DNA of 64,000 nucleotides from an uncultured Holophagales bacterium. Its GTDB lineage: Bacteria; Acidobacteriota; Thermoanaerobaculia; Multivoradales; UBA5704. Shown one piece after another: positions 1 to 9,771 of this stretch. The DNA lies in contig CAWJGT010000019.1 in the NCBI GenBank assembly GCA_963842525.1, positions 352,001-416,000 of the forward strand. The letters run 5' to 3'. Positions within the stretch are counted from its first letter, which is position 1; the number at the start of each line of letters is the position of its first letter. The notes below the pieces were generated by a model, which was not told the origin of the DNA, searched no databases, and saw only the letters and a list, made by a program, of their open reading frames with translations. A program made the translations under genes and the position numbers.

Positions 1-417
1 GCCTCGCCGAGGAAGAGGCGCAGGATCGCCGGATCCTCGTGGGTGAGGAGCTTGAGCGCCACGGACCGGCCGAGCTGGCGGTCGAAGGCCAGCATCACAC
101 GTCCCATGCCGCCCTCGCCCACGCATTTCCCGGTCGTAGCGTTCGCCGGCCGGTAGCGCCGCGCCCGGCGCCGGTTCGTCGGGCCCATCGGAATCGCCTG
201 CGGTGCCGGCCAGTCGGACGGCTGCAGGGGTGGCGAGAAACGAGTCGGAAAGGTTTTCGGCGGCGGCAAGACGGCGGCGGGCTTCGGCGGCCAGCCCGAA
301 ATCGCTGGCGGCGAGGTCGCTGAGGTAGGTTTCGCGCTCGGCGCCGTCGAGGCCGGCGGCCATCAATACGGCCTCGTCCAGGCGCAGGTGGCCACAGGGC
401 GCCGCCGGCTCGTTCAC
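1..417 (-). CDS. Ser/Thr protein kinase, N-terminal part (runs off left edge; apparent frameshifts near 135 and 360)
   Basis: Manual minus-strand translation gives VGEGGMGRVMLAFDRQLGRSVALKLL (Hanks kinase subdomains I-II). The GTG start overlaps the ECF stop (GTGA at 414-417). Not in the ORF track. Confidence 0.8.
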   Translation of the reverse strand, partial: MNEPAAPCGHLRLDEAVLMAAGLDGAERETYLSDLAASDFGLAAEARRRLAAAENLSDSFLATPAAVRLAGTAGDSDGPDEPAPGAALPAGERYDREMRGRGRHGTCDAGLRPPARPVRGAQAPHPRGSGDPAPLPRRG

Positions 418-995
418 ACGATGGGCCTCAGCTCTCCGTGGAGCCAGACCCGGACCGTTTTCCAGTCGCGGACCACGGTGCGCGGCGTGACTTCGAGGAC
501 TTCCGCCGTCTCTTCGACTGACAGCCCGGCGAAATAGCGCAGCTCGACGAGCTGCTCGTGGCGCGGTTGGATCCCGGCCAGCTTGACCAGGGCCTGATGG
601 ACCGCCAGGACTTCTTCGGGACGGCGAGCCAACGGATCGGCGATCTCCGGCAAGATCCCGTCGAGCGTCAGCGTCTCCCCTTCACCGCGTTTCTTGGACA
701 GTTGATGACGCGCTTCGTCGGCGAGGACGAAGCGCATGGCGCGGGCGGCGACGGCGAAGAAGTGGCGGCGATCGCTCCAGTCCACTTCGCTGCCGAGCAG
801 GCGGAGATAGGCCTTGTGGACCAGGCTCGTGGCCTCGTCCCGGGCTCCTCGGCCCTGACGGCGCAGCACGCCGCGGGCGAGGCTCTTGAGCTCGCCGTAG
901 AGGATGTGCCAGAGCTCGTCCAGAGCGTCGCCGCTGCCGCCCTGCCAGGCCTGGAGGAGCCGGGTGATCTCGCCGGGGCCTTTGTCGTTCTGCAT
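414..995 (-). CDS. ECF sigma factor, TIGR02999 (kinase-associated) type
   Basis: GEITRLLQAWQGG...TSLVHKAYLRL...WSDRRHFFAVAARAMR...VELRYFAGLSVEETAEVL; start trimmed to MQNDKG (ATG at 995). Confidence 0.92.
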   Translation of the reverse strand: MQNDKGPGEITRLLQAWQGGSGDALDELWHILYGELKSLARGVLRRQGRGARDEATSLVHKAYLRLLGSEVDWSDRRHFFAVAARAMRFVLADEARHQLSKKRGEGETLTLDGILPEIADPLARRPEEVLAVHQALVKLAGIQPRHEQLVELRYFAGLSVEETAEVLEVTPRTVVRDWKTVRVWLHGELRPIV

Positions 996-1247
996 CGGCA
1001 ATCGGCACCGGCGGCTCCGAACCTCCAAGCGCCCCGGGCGTCTCCAGGCACTGTTCCAGTGGTACTCCTCATTTACTGGCGGAAAGTTGCAAGAGATAAG
1101 CACAGATCGACTCCCGCGGTCAACTGGCTTATTGGAATAGTGCCATCGAAGAATGTTGATGTCGGTCGCGCGTACGCTGCGTGTTTGGGAGGGGGAAGGC
1201 TGTGAGGACGGGACACGGACTGGCACGGACGGCAAGGAGAGGGCGAG

Positions 1248-1527
1248 TGACCAAAGCATCATTTTGATCACCGGATTGCCCGGTCGGGCGGCTTGGCGGA
1301 AATGACTGTCCGGCAATGATTTGCAGGCGAGAAAGCGTCGTGGAGCCCCCTCGCGCCCACCAGAACAGCCGAAAACGAAACAAGTTTCGCTTTTTGCGAC
1401 GCGGAAAAGCCCGCCGGGATTGAGTTTTCTCGATTTTGAAGGTCAAAAAGGCTGGTTCAAACCGGTGTGGAAAGGCAACCGCAGGAAGGTAGTTAAAACC
1501 AGTGGTCTGGTGAGGGTCGGGAGGGGG
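1248..1527. repeat. ~280-bp non-coding element, copy 1
   Basis: Colinear with 1671-1952; shared blocks include gaaaacgaaac..agtttcg, tgcgacgcggaaa, gaaaggcaaccg.aggaagg and ttaaaaccag.ggtctggtg. Confidence 0.8.
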
Positions 1528-1597
1528 CGCCGCTGCTGGCGCGGGACGAGCCACCTGAGCGGAGGGAGAGACACGGACGGACACTCCCCCGCCCGGA

Positions 1598-1647
1598 CCC
1601 TCACCCCGACCCTCTCCCACCCGTAGTCCCTTCCCTCCGGGAGAGGG
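1598..1647. repeat. REP-type palindrome, family A (CCCTCACCCC...CCCTCTCCC...GGGAGAGGG), single unit
   Basis: Same motif as the paired elements at 19875, 47810 and 62679. Confidence 0.8.
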
Positions 1648-1670
1648 CGCCCCCGACCAAAAAGCCGGAC

Positions 1671-1952
1671 TGACCAAAACTCATGTTCTGATCAGTGGTT
1701 TTCCACACCGGACGGCGTCGCGGAAATGCCTGTCCGGCTTGAGTTTGCTCGCACTGAACCGTCCTCCAGACCCCCCCGCGGCCGGCTCTACCACGGAAAA
1801 CGAAACTGAGTTTCGTTTTCTGCGACGCGGAAACGCCCGCCGGGATTGGGTTTTCCTCGATTTTGAGGGGGCGAAAAAGGCGGTTCAAACCCCTGTAGAA
1901 AGGCAACCGTAGGAAGGTGGTTAAAACCAGCGGTCTGGTGGGGGTCGGGCCG
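1671..1952. repeat. ~280-bp non-coding element, copy 2
   Basis: Diverged direct copy of 1248-1527. Confidence 0.8.
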
Positions 1953-2110
1953 AGGCCCCTTGCAGGGGCCGGAGGGGGGTGGGCGGGGCGGGGTGGTCAA
2001 GATAAACCCGGCAGTTTGGCGCAGCGCTTCGAAGGCATGGCTCCATCGGCCAGAGGAGCCAATCTGGCGGACCTTGTTGCGGGGGGAGGCCCGGGTAGGT
2101 GCCCGCCCCT

Positions 2111-2204
2111 GGTTAACATAGTGCAGTCCATTATGTTAAGGCGAAGCCCGTAGGCGGGGAGTGGCGCAGGGCGAGGGTCGGATAAAGTCGTTCATTTATC
2201 GGAC
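2111..2204. promoter_or_regulatory. Two AT-rich inverted-repeat sites resembling tyrosine-recombinase/resolvase binding sites
   Basis: ggTTAACATAg-tgcagtcca-tTATGTTAAgg (2111-2141) and GTCGGATAAA-gtcgttca-TTTATCGGAC (2177-2204). Confidence 0.4.
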
Positions 2205-2299
2205 CCTCGCCCGGCGGGAGGGGGAGCCGCCCCCGCCGGAGCCAGGGGCGGGCAGCTCCCGGGCCGGAGGGTGGGGGAAATCAAGATGGGTGGGTGGAC

Positions 2300-4300
2300 G
2301 GAGATTTGGGTGGGCGCACCGGCGGATCGACGGCAGGCTTTCCACGACCACAGTCTCCGGGGCGGCCACCCGGCCTTGTTGAAACACGGCCGCCATCCCC
2401 ACGGCGGAATGGACCTTGAGAGGGTCGGGTGGCGGGGTGCTGCCATCGCACGGCGGTGCCCGGCGCGCGGGGCGGCGGGCTTTGCGCAGCGTCTTGTGGG
2501 GGCGCGCCTGCGAGGAAAGATCCGAGGACGCGGGTGGGTGGCGGGACGTTGCCATCCCCACGGCTGGTTGGACCTCGCGCGGGTGGCGGGACGCTGCCAT
2601 CGCCGCGGCGGCTGCCTGGCGCGCGGGGTGGTAGGTTTTGCGCCAGCGCCTCTGTGGGGGCGCGCCTTCTCGGGAACTCCGCATGGGTATGTTGCCTTCC
2701 CCACCTTCGGATGGAGCTCGAGCGGGCGGGAGCAGGTTGCGGAGCGTCAGCGGAGTCAAGCTGCGTCGGCGGAAAGCTGCGGGGACCACGAGAGCTCTAC
2801 CGCCAGAGTAGCTCCGGTCGGCGGAGCGGGTGGGCGGCTGGGTGGGCCGAGCCGGAGCTTCTCTGGCGGGGCACGGCGGCTCGCAGGCCCTCCTCATCAA
2901 ATAGGTGGGCGGCCGGGGATTGGGTGGGCGCGCCGGAGGACCGGAGGCCGGCTGTTCACGGCCGCAGGCTTCGGGGCTGCCACCCGGCCTTGCAGGATGG
3001 AGGCTCCGACTGCGAAGAGGCTGAGCGCAGAGAGGCGGGAGCAGGTTGCGGAGCGCCCCGCGCGGAGTCAAGCTGCGGGGCGGAAAGCTGAAGGGGCCAC
3101 GATGGCTCTACCGCCGATGGAGCGAGTACGCCCCCGCACGGAGCTGCATCGGCGGGGCACAGCGGCTTGCAGGCCCTCACCATCAAATGGGCGGGCGGGT
3201 GTGGAATCGGGGTGTGCGTCCTGGAGGACCGGAGGCCAGCTGTTCATGGCCGCAGGCTCCAGGACGGACACCCCAGCCTTACAGGATGGAGGCTCCGTCG
3301 GCGAAGAGGCTGAGCGCAGAGAGGGCGGGAGCAGGTTGCGGAGCGCCCCGCGCGGAGTCAAGCTGCGGGGCGGAAAGCTGAAGGGGCCACGATGGCTCTA
3401 CCGCCGATGGGGCGAGTACGCCCCCGCACGGAGCTGCATCGGCGGGGCACGGCGGCTCGCAGGCCCTCACCATCAAATGGGCGGGCGGCCGGGGAATTGG
3501 GTGGGCGCGCCGGAGGACCGGAGGCAGGCTTTTCACGGCCGCAGGCTTCGGGGCGGCCACCCGGCCTTGCAGGATGGAGGCTCCGACTGCGAAGAGGATG
3601 AGCGCAGAGAGGGCGGGAGCAGTTCGGCGGAGCGCCTGCGCGGAGCCGATCTGCGGGGCGGAAAGCTGCGGGGACCACGATCGCTGAGCCGACAGAGGAG
3701 CGGAGGTCGGCGAACCGGACGGGCCGGGGGTGGTTCGCCGACCCGGAGCTGCTCTGTCGGGGCAAGACGGCTCGCAGGCCCTCCCATCAAATGGGCGGGC
3801 GACCGGGAGATTGGGTGGACGCGCCGGAGGACCGGAGGACGGCTTTTCACGGCCGCAGGCTTCGGAGCGGCCACCCGGCCTTTTCAAAAGACGGCCGTCG
3901 TCCCCGCCGGCGGGCGGACCTCGCGCGGGTGGGTGGATGGCGTCGTCGTCCCCGCCCAGGCTGTTGGGCGCCCGGGGTGGTGGCGTGTGCGTCAGCGGAG
4001 TGGTGGGGGCGCGCCTTTCACGGGAGTCTCCGAGGACGCGGGTGGGTGGCCGGGACGTTGCCGTCGCCGCGGTGGGATCGACCTTGCGCGGGTGGTCGGC
4101 GGGGCGCCGCCGTCCCCGCCCGGCTGCGGGAGGCAACGTTTCCGGAAACGAAACTCGGCGGCTGCTACCACCGCGGCGGCCGCCTGGCGCGCGGGGCGGT
4201 GGCGTGTGCGTCAGCGATCAGGTGGGGGCGCGCCTTTTCGAGAACTCCGGGGACGCGGGTGGGTGGCGGGGAGGTTGCCATCGCCGCGAGAGCTGGCCGG
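2300..4300. repeat. Degenerate ~290-310-bp tandem repeat block plus a second interspersed GC-rich repeat
   Basis: gggagcaggttgcggagcg recurs at ~2728, 3037 and 3327 (degenerate at ~3615); ggaggaccggagg...cacggccgcaggct at ~2935, 3223, 3512 and 3826; gacgcgggtgggtggc at ~2527, 4035 and 4252. Confidence 0.8.
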
Positions 4301-4324
4301 AGAGGGGATGGGTGGGGGTGTTGC

Positions 4325-4380
4325 CGATCACTTGAATCCGTAGAAATTTGAACCACGAGGTCGGCAGCATCATCCCGCGC
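4325..4380 (+). repeat. Left inverted repeat flanking the DUF4157 toxin gene
   Basis: cgatcacttgaatccgtagaaatttgaaccacgaggtcggcagcatcatc matches the reverse complement of 6238-6290. Confidence 0.75.
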
Positions 4381-4953
4381 GAAGCGGGGTCGGTGGGGCG
4401 CCGGGCCGACGACGCTCAGAGGCTGTTCAGCCGCGCTGCCGCGGATATGCGCCAGCCGTTTCCTCCGATCGACCATGGAGCCCCCCACCTGCCAGGGGAC
4501 CCTTCCCCCTCGGCCACTCCCCCGCTATCCAGGCGGGCAGGTGAGAGGCCTTAATTTAACCGCCACGCCGGCGGCCCTCACTTCGCCCGAGTTCACCCCT
4601 CGAACGTCCTCTGCCTCTCCGACAGCGAGGGAGGCACCGCCGGCCAGGCCCCACTTGATCTCCCCTGAATGGCGCCACCCTCTATCCCTCCCGTGCCCTC
4701 GACGACCACCACCCCGCCTAGCCCCACACCGCCGCCGACCTCCTCCGCCAAGGCACACCAACCTGCCCCTCGGCCAGTTCCTCCAGCTCACTTCCATCGA
4801 GCACCCAACTAACGGCACCCCGTCTAGGCGAGGCCTCTCTCCTCTGCAGGCGGCCCTGATGTCAGAAGCGCTGACCCTAATGGAACACAGAGTTGCGCCC
4901 TCATCCCGCAAGATATAACATCAATACTGTAAAACCTCTTTTGTGGAGAATGG

Positions 4954-6057
4954 ATGATGCGATTTCCTCCTCCCTCACGGGGGCGTAGCGACGCCCTGCA
5001 AGGCTATTTCCCCGGCGGCCGGCCCATACTTCCCGGTCTGGTGCTTCAGGCGCGCGCCGCCAACCTGACGGCCGGCGACGCCACCGCCCTGCCCGCCAAC
5101 TTCTCGCTACCGGCCCAGCGCGGCCAGGAGCTACCGCCCGCCCTGCGCGAGCACATTGAGCGCACTTTCGGCGCCAACCTCTCCTCGGTGCGCATCCACG
5201 TCGGGCCGCAGGCTTTGGCCATCGGCGCGCTGGCCTTCACCGTCGGCGACACCGTCGTGTTCGCCCCCGGCCAGTATGCCCCCGACACCCCGCGCGGCCG
5301 CCAGTTGCTGGGGCACGAGCTGGCTCACGTGCTGCAGCAGCGGGCCGGCCGGGTGCACAACCCGCTGTCCAGCCTGGCGATCGTGCAGAACCCCGCGCTG
5401 GAATGCGAGGCCGAACGCATGGGGCTAAAGGTGCTGATTGCCGCTCCGCCGCTTGAGCGGGCACGCGGCGGCCGGCGCTCGTCGAGTTCCTGCGGGGGGC
5501 GGTGCCAGGACCGCTGCGGGGGCAAGTGCGGCGGCGGGCAGGGCGCGGTGCAGCCCATGATGAGCTCCAACACCAAGACGGACCCGCTTGGCATGATGAC
5601 CCGAGGGGCCTTCAACGCAAAGGAAATGGAGCTGAACCGCCAAGGCCTCAGCCTGGAGAACATCCTCAACGGAACGCGCATACCCAAGAAGCCGGACAAG
5701 TATGGCGCGACCTGCCTGGGCTATCCGGGCGTACAGACCATCTTCGTGGGGGGGCAGCGCTACGACATTCCTTACGACCCGGCCCCTCATTGGTATGCCT
5801 GCTTCGATCCGTGGTCAATCGCCAAAGTGCTCATCGCCTATACCGGCGGGCGTATGGGCGATGCCAACGCCGCCAACTTCGCTAGCCACCGCGCCGCCAC
5901 CCCGGCCTTCTATACCTGGCACCATGTCGAGGATTACGACCCGGGGACCAACCGCGGACACATGCAACTGGTACAGAGCGCGCCGCACAACAACTGCCAC
6001 CACCGGGGCGGTGTCTGGATGTGGCAGAACCACCACGGGCAACTCTACGGCCCGTAA
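4954..6057 (+). CDS. DUF4157 (eCIS-core) domain protein with C-terminal WHH/HNH-fold nuclease toxin
   Basis: DUF4157 signature FGANLSSVRIH...ALAFTVG...LLGHELAHVLQQ...LECEAERM; C-terminal YTWHHVED...HMQLV...HNNCHHRGG. Confidence 0.88.
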   Translation: MMRFPPPSRGRSDALQGYFPGGRPILPGLVLQARAANLTAGDATALPANFSLPAQRGQELPPALREHIERTFGANLSSVRIHVGPQALAIGALAFTVGDTVVFAPGQYAPDTPRGRQLLGHELAHVLQQRAGRVHNPLSSLAIVQNPALECEAERMGLKVLIAAPPLERARGGRRSSSSCGGRCQDRCGGKCGGGQGAVQPMMSSNTKTDPLGMMTRGAFNAKEMELNRQGLSLENILNGTRIPKKPDKYGATCLGYPGVQTIFVGGQRYDIPYDPAPHWYACFDPWSIAKVLIAYTGGRMGDANAANFASHRAATPAFYTWHHVEDYDPGTNRGHMQLVQSAPHNNCHHRGGVWMWQNHHGQLYGP

Positions 6058-6205
6058 TCCGTCACCACCCCCTTGCTCCGCTGGACGGTGGAATAGAGCA
6101 TGTAGTTGTCGTGCAGCCCCGACGCCGACAGCACCGTCACCCCACCGCAAGCATGTGGTGAACCTCTTCGCGGCAGGAGGCGGCCCCCTGTTAACTCTCA
6201 CCCCG

Positions 6206-6290
6206 ATCCGTAGGAATTTGGACAATTCTGGCGCGGAATGATGATGCTGCTCGACCTTATGGTCCAGATTTCTACGGATTCTGGTGATCG
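6206..6290 (-). repeat. Right inverted repeat / miniature element with its own 18-bp terminal inverted repeats
   Basis: ATCCGTAGGAATTTGGAC (6206-6223) versus GTCCAGATTTCTACGGAT (6262-6279); homologous to 4325-4380. Confidence 0.7.
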
Positions 6291-7684
6291 CCTCTCAAGA
6301 AAGTACCCAGTTTCTTCCGGCCATTGTCCGCGCCCCGGGGCCGGTTGCGACGCTATAGTTGGGGAGTCGTCCGCTTCCAGCGGCCGGAGGGCAGAGCGCA
6401 GGACGGTCCAGCCCCCGCGTGGGTGGTGGGCTTCTTCTTTTCCTTTTCCTTCCTGCCTCTTATGGCCTGCTCGTCGAGGCTTTGTGTAGCCGGTCAGCTT
6501 CCATAGCCTTGGGCGGGGGAAAGTGATCGTTCCCACGAAGGATGGAACTCGAATGGGCGGCGGGAGGTGATTGCCCCCGCGGTGTCCGGAGCTTGCGCGA
6601 GGAGGCAATTGCATCCAGCGCGGGCGGTGGAGCTGACCGTCGCCATGGACGGTGGGACTCGCGAATTGGGTGGATGGAGTGGCCGTTTTTGGGAAATCGC
6701 ATAGATAAATGGCTATGCGAAGCCCTTCTTTCCGAGTTCATAAGGCGCCCCGGGCCGAGCCCAGGCCTGCGTGCTGGCTTGTGTAGCCCGCGTGCGGACT
6801 TGCGTGCAGACCTGCGTGCGGCTCCCCCAGAGCTACAGACTTTGCGTGCGGCTTGCGCGGCATTCTGCGGCCCCCACCCCCCTCCGCTCCCTTCGGTTCA
6901 GCTCTCTCGCGGATGAAAATTTCGGCGGAACGGAACGAAACCTGAGGAAATCGCGGAATGACGAATCTAGAATTTTCTCACTAGATCTCAAATGGAGCTC
7001 GGAGCCTGCCTTCGGCGACACAGGGATGAAACAGCGTGCCACTGCCAGCCACCCGCCGCCCACTTCGTTAGAACCGGGGGGCAGGTGCCGCGGTGACCGG
7101 ACCTAGATGGTAGGCTGCCGATGTAGGCCGCTGGAGTGCTCAGCACGCGAACCGACTGGCGAGCCAAGCGGCTTGGCCACTCGATGGCCGTGGCTGGCCG
7201 CTGGCGATCCAGGCGGCTCCAGTGCCTCTGCAAGGCGCTCTACGGCGTTTCCCGGCCGGCGGCAAGGGGCACAAGGGGCGGCACAGCCAACGGGCCCACA
7301 GGCTCAGAGGAGCTGTCAAAAGGGGCTTGGCTTTGATCGGACTGCTGGAGCACGATCGCAAGCAACGGGTGAGAGTGAGGGACCCTGCCCACCGGCCGGC
7401 GATGACGCGGACGCCTTGCTCACAGGAGTCGAGCCCCCAAGCCAGCCAGAGGCATGCTCGGAGGGCCTCGGGTTCCCCCTTCAAGAGGGCCGCGATTCCG
7501 CGGCTCAACAGTCGGCGAGGTGCCCCGCGGCAAGTCTTGTTGACACTTTGTTACCCCCTAGTGACCCGGGAGCGCTAGTGAAAAGTGAAGACACTGAAAA
7601 CAAACAACTTACACTCAGTGCCCGGGTCTGGGGGGACGAAGGCGAGGCGTTATAGACTCTGCGGAAGATTCGAGGAGACACGAC

Positions 7685-8992
7685 ATGCGCTGGAGACCTC
7701 TTGGCGGGATGCTGGCGACCGTGGGAATGCTGGGGATGCTCGCTGGCGGCGGTGTTGCCGCGGCGGCGACCGATCCGGCCGGGACGGCGGCAGTGGCCGA
7801 GGCCCGCGGTGCGGAGCGTCCATTCGACCCGGTGGCGGCGACGGAAGCGTACCTGGCGCGCGTGCCCCCGGACAAGCGGGCCAGCTCGGACGCCTATTTC
7901 GAAGGCGGATACTGGCTGCAGCTCTGGGGCTTCCTCTATGGGCTGGGCGTGGCCTGGCTGCTCCTCGGCACCGGGCTCTCGGCGCGCCTGCGGGACTGGC
8001 TCGAGCGGCGGATCCGTTTCCGGTTCCTGCAGGTCTTCCTCTATGCCGCCGCCTACACGGTCCTGACGACGCTGCTGACCTTCCCGCTGACCCTCTATGC
8101 GGGCTTCTTCCGCGAGCACAAGTACGGGCTCGCGACCCAGAGCTTCGCAGACTGGATGATCGACCTGCTCAAGGGCCTGGGCCTGGGGATCGTCCTCGGC
8201 GGGTTGGCGTTCACACTGCTCTATGCGGTCTTCCGCCGGGCGCCCCGGACCTGGTGGATCTGGGGCGCCGTGGTCGCCATCGTGCTGACGGTGATCGGGA
8301 TCCTGATCGCGCCCGTCTTCATCGCGCCGCTGTTCAACAAGTACACCGAGCTTCAGGAGCCGGCGTTGCGGGAGTCGATCCTCTCGCTGGCCCGGGCAAA
8401 CGGTATCCCGGCCGAGCATGTGTACGTCTTCGACGCCTCGAAGCAGACCACGCGGGTCAGCGCCAACGTGAGCGGCGTCCTCGGCACGATGCGGATCTCG
8501 CTCAATGACAACCTCTTGCGGCGCGCCTCGCCCGCCGGAGTCGAGGCGGTGATGGGCCACGAGATGGGCCACTACGTGCTCAACCACATCTACGAATCGA
8601 TCCTCTTCTTCTCCCTGGTCTTCCTGGTGGGCTTCGCCTTCCTGCGCTGGGCCTTCGACCGGGCCGTGGCCCGCTGGGGGGAGCGCTGGAGAGTGCGCGG
8701 CATCGCGGACGTGGCCGGCCTGCCGCTCCTCGCAGCCATCTTCTCGCTCTACTTCTTCGTCCTCACGCCGTTCCTCAACACCTACATCCGCACGAACGAG
8801 GCCGAGGCGGACATCTTCGGCCTGAACGCCTCCCGCGAGCCGGAGGCCTTCGCCGAAGTGGCCCTGATGCTGGGCGAATACCGCAAGCTGGCGCCGGGGC
8901 CGGTCGAGGAGTGGATCTTCTTCGACCATCCGAGCGGCCGGAACCGCATCCTGATGTCCATGCAGTGGAAGGCGGAGAACCTCAGCCGCTAG
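7685..8992 (+). CDS. M48 family (Ste24-like) membrane zinc metalloprotease
   Basis: Signal peptide, several TM helices, IAPLFNKY, HEMGH zinc motif, EAEAD, DHPS. Confidence 0.93.
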   Translation: MRWRPLGGMLATVGMLGMLAGGGVAAAATDPAGTAAVAEARGAERPFDPVAATEAYLARVPPDKRASSDAYFEGGYWLQLWGFLYGLGVAWLLLGTGLSARLRDWLERRIRFRFLQVFLYAAAYTVLTTLLTFPLTLYAGFFREHKYGLATQSFADWMIDLLKGLGLGIVLGGLAFTLLYAVFRRAPRTWWIWGAVVAIVLTVIGILIAPVFIAPLFNKYTELQEPALRESILSLARANGIPAEHVYVFDASKQTTRVSANVSGVLGTMRISLNDNLLRRASPAGVEAVMGHEMGHYVLNHIYESILFFSLVFLVGFAFLRWAFDRAVARWGERWRVRGIADVAGLPLLAAIFSLYFFVLTPFLNTYIRTNEAEADIFGLNASREPEAFAEVALMLGEYRKLAPGPVEEWIFFDHPSGRNRILMSMQWKAENLSR

Positions 8993-9009
8993 CTTCCGAC
9001 CATCATCTC

Positions 9010-9043
9010 GGGCGGGTCCGCCCGGAACACAGCGGACCCGCCC
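9010..9043 (+). terminator. GC-rich hairpin after the M48 gene (no U-tract)
   Basis: gggcgggtccgc-N10-gcggacccgccc. Confidence 0.45.
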
Positions 9044-9299
9044 AAGCGGACAGCGGCGCCCTTGGACCCGGGGGCCGCCGTCCTTTCTCTGTTGTCAAAG
9101 AGCCGCGCAATCCGTGGCCCTCTGCCACACGCCGCAGTGCGAGCCTCGAACACGCCGATGATGCGGTAGCCTGACATAGATGAAAGGGAGACGTCAACCG
9201 GGGGCTTGACAGTTTCATGCACCTCATGCAACCTATGCACACAACGGCGCCACTTTCGTGCCGGCTTGTTCAAGCCTCCGGGCTCAAGAGGAGAAGGAA

Positions 9300-9686
9300 A
9301 TGACTGAAGCCACCCATGCAGGGAAGCTTGGCGCACTGGCGCGGTTCCTCACCGTCCTGACCGTCAATGCGTCCGAGCTCGTTCACCTGGACGGCATGCG
9401 TGCCGAGCTCGAGGCGATCGTGGCAGAAGCGCAAGGAGCCTCGCGGGAGCAGACCGCCTCGTCGCCAGCAAGCAGGAGGCGAGCCGGAGCATCCGGGTGC
9501 TGCTCACCGAAGGCGAGAGGCTGTCGACCACAGCAGGCAAGGTCCTCCAGAAGCACTACGGCCTGTGGCCGGAGAATCTCGTGGAATTCCACCTACAGCC
9601 ATTCCGAGGCCGCAAGGCCAAGGCGCCGCCAGAGCTCCCCGTCCGGCCCCGCGACTCCCGCGGCCCTCGCGATCGACACCCTGTAG
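9300..9686 (+). CDS. Small helical hypothetical protein (frameshift near 9457; true 3' end uncertain)
   Basis: RBS gaggagaagg before ATG 9300. Joining frames gives MTEATHAGKLGALARFL...REQTALVASKQEASRSIRVLLTEGERL...KHYGLWPENLVEFHLQPFRGRK. Confidence 0.65.
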   Translation: MTEATHAGKLGALARFLTVLTVNASELVHLDGMRAELEAIVAEAQGASREQTASSPASRRRAGASGCCSPKARGCRPQQARSSRSTTACGRRISWNSTYSHSEAARPRRRQSSPSGPATPAALAIDTL

Positions 9687-9771
9687 CCTCCACCCCTCCG
9701 GCGAGCGTGCCCGTCATGCTCCCTCGTGTTCCGCTCCCTCTCCGAAGGCGCCCACCGCTGTCCAAGTGTAC

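Noticed and set aside
2271-4343. 690-aa Arg/Gly-rich protein
   Set aside because: Repeat-derived; units are translated in different frames; no recognisable domain
6900-7580. Decayed transposase or other gene remnant
   Set aside because: Only vaguely protein-like fragments; no DDE motif or terminal repeats that I can support
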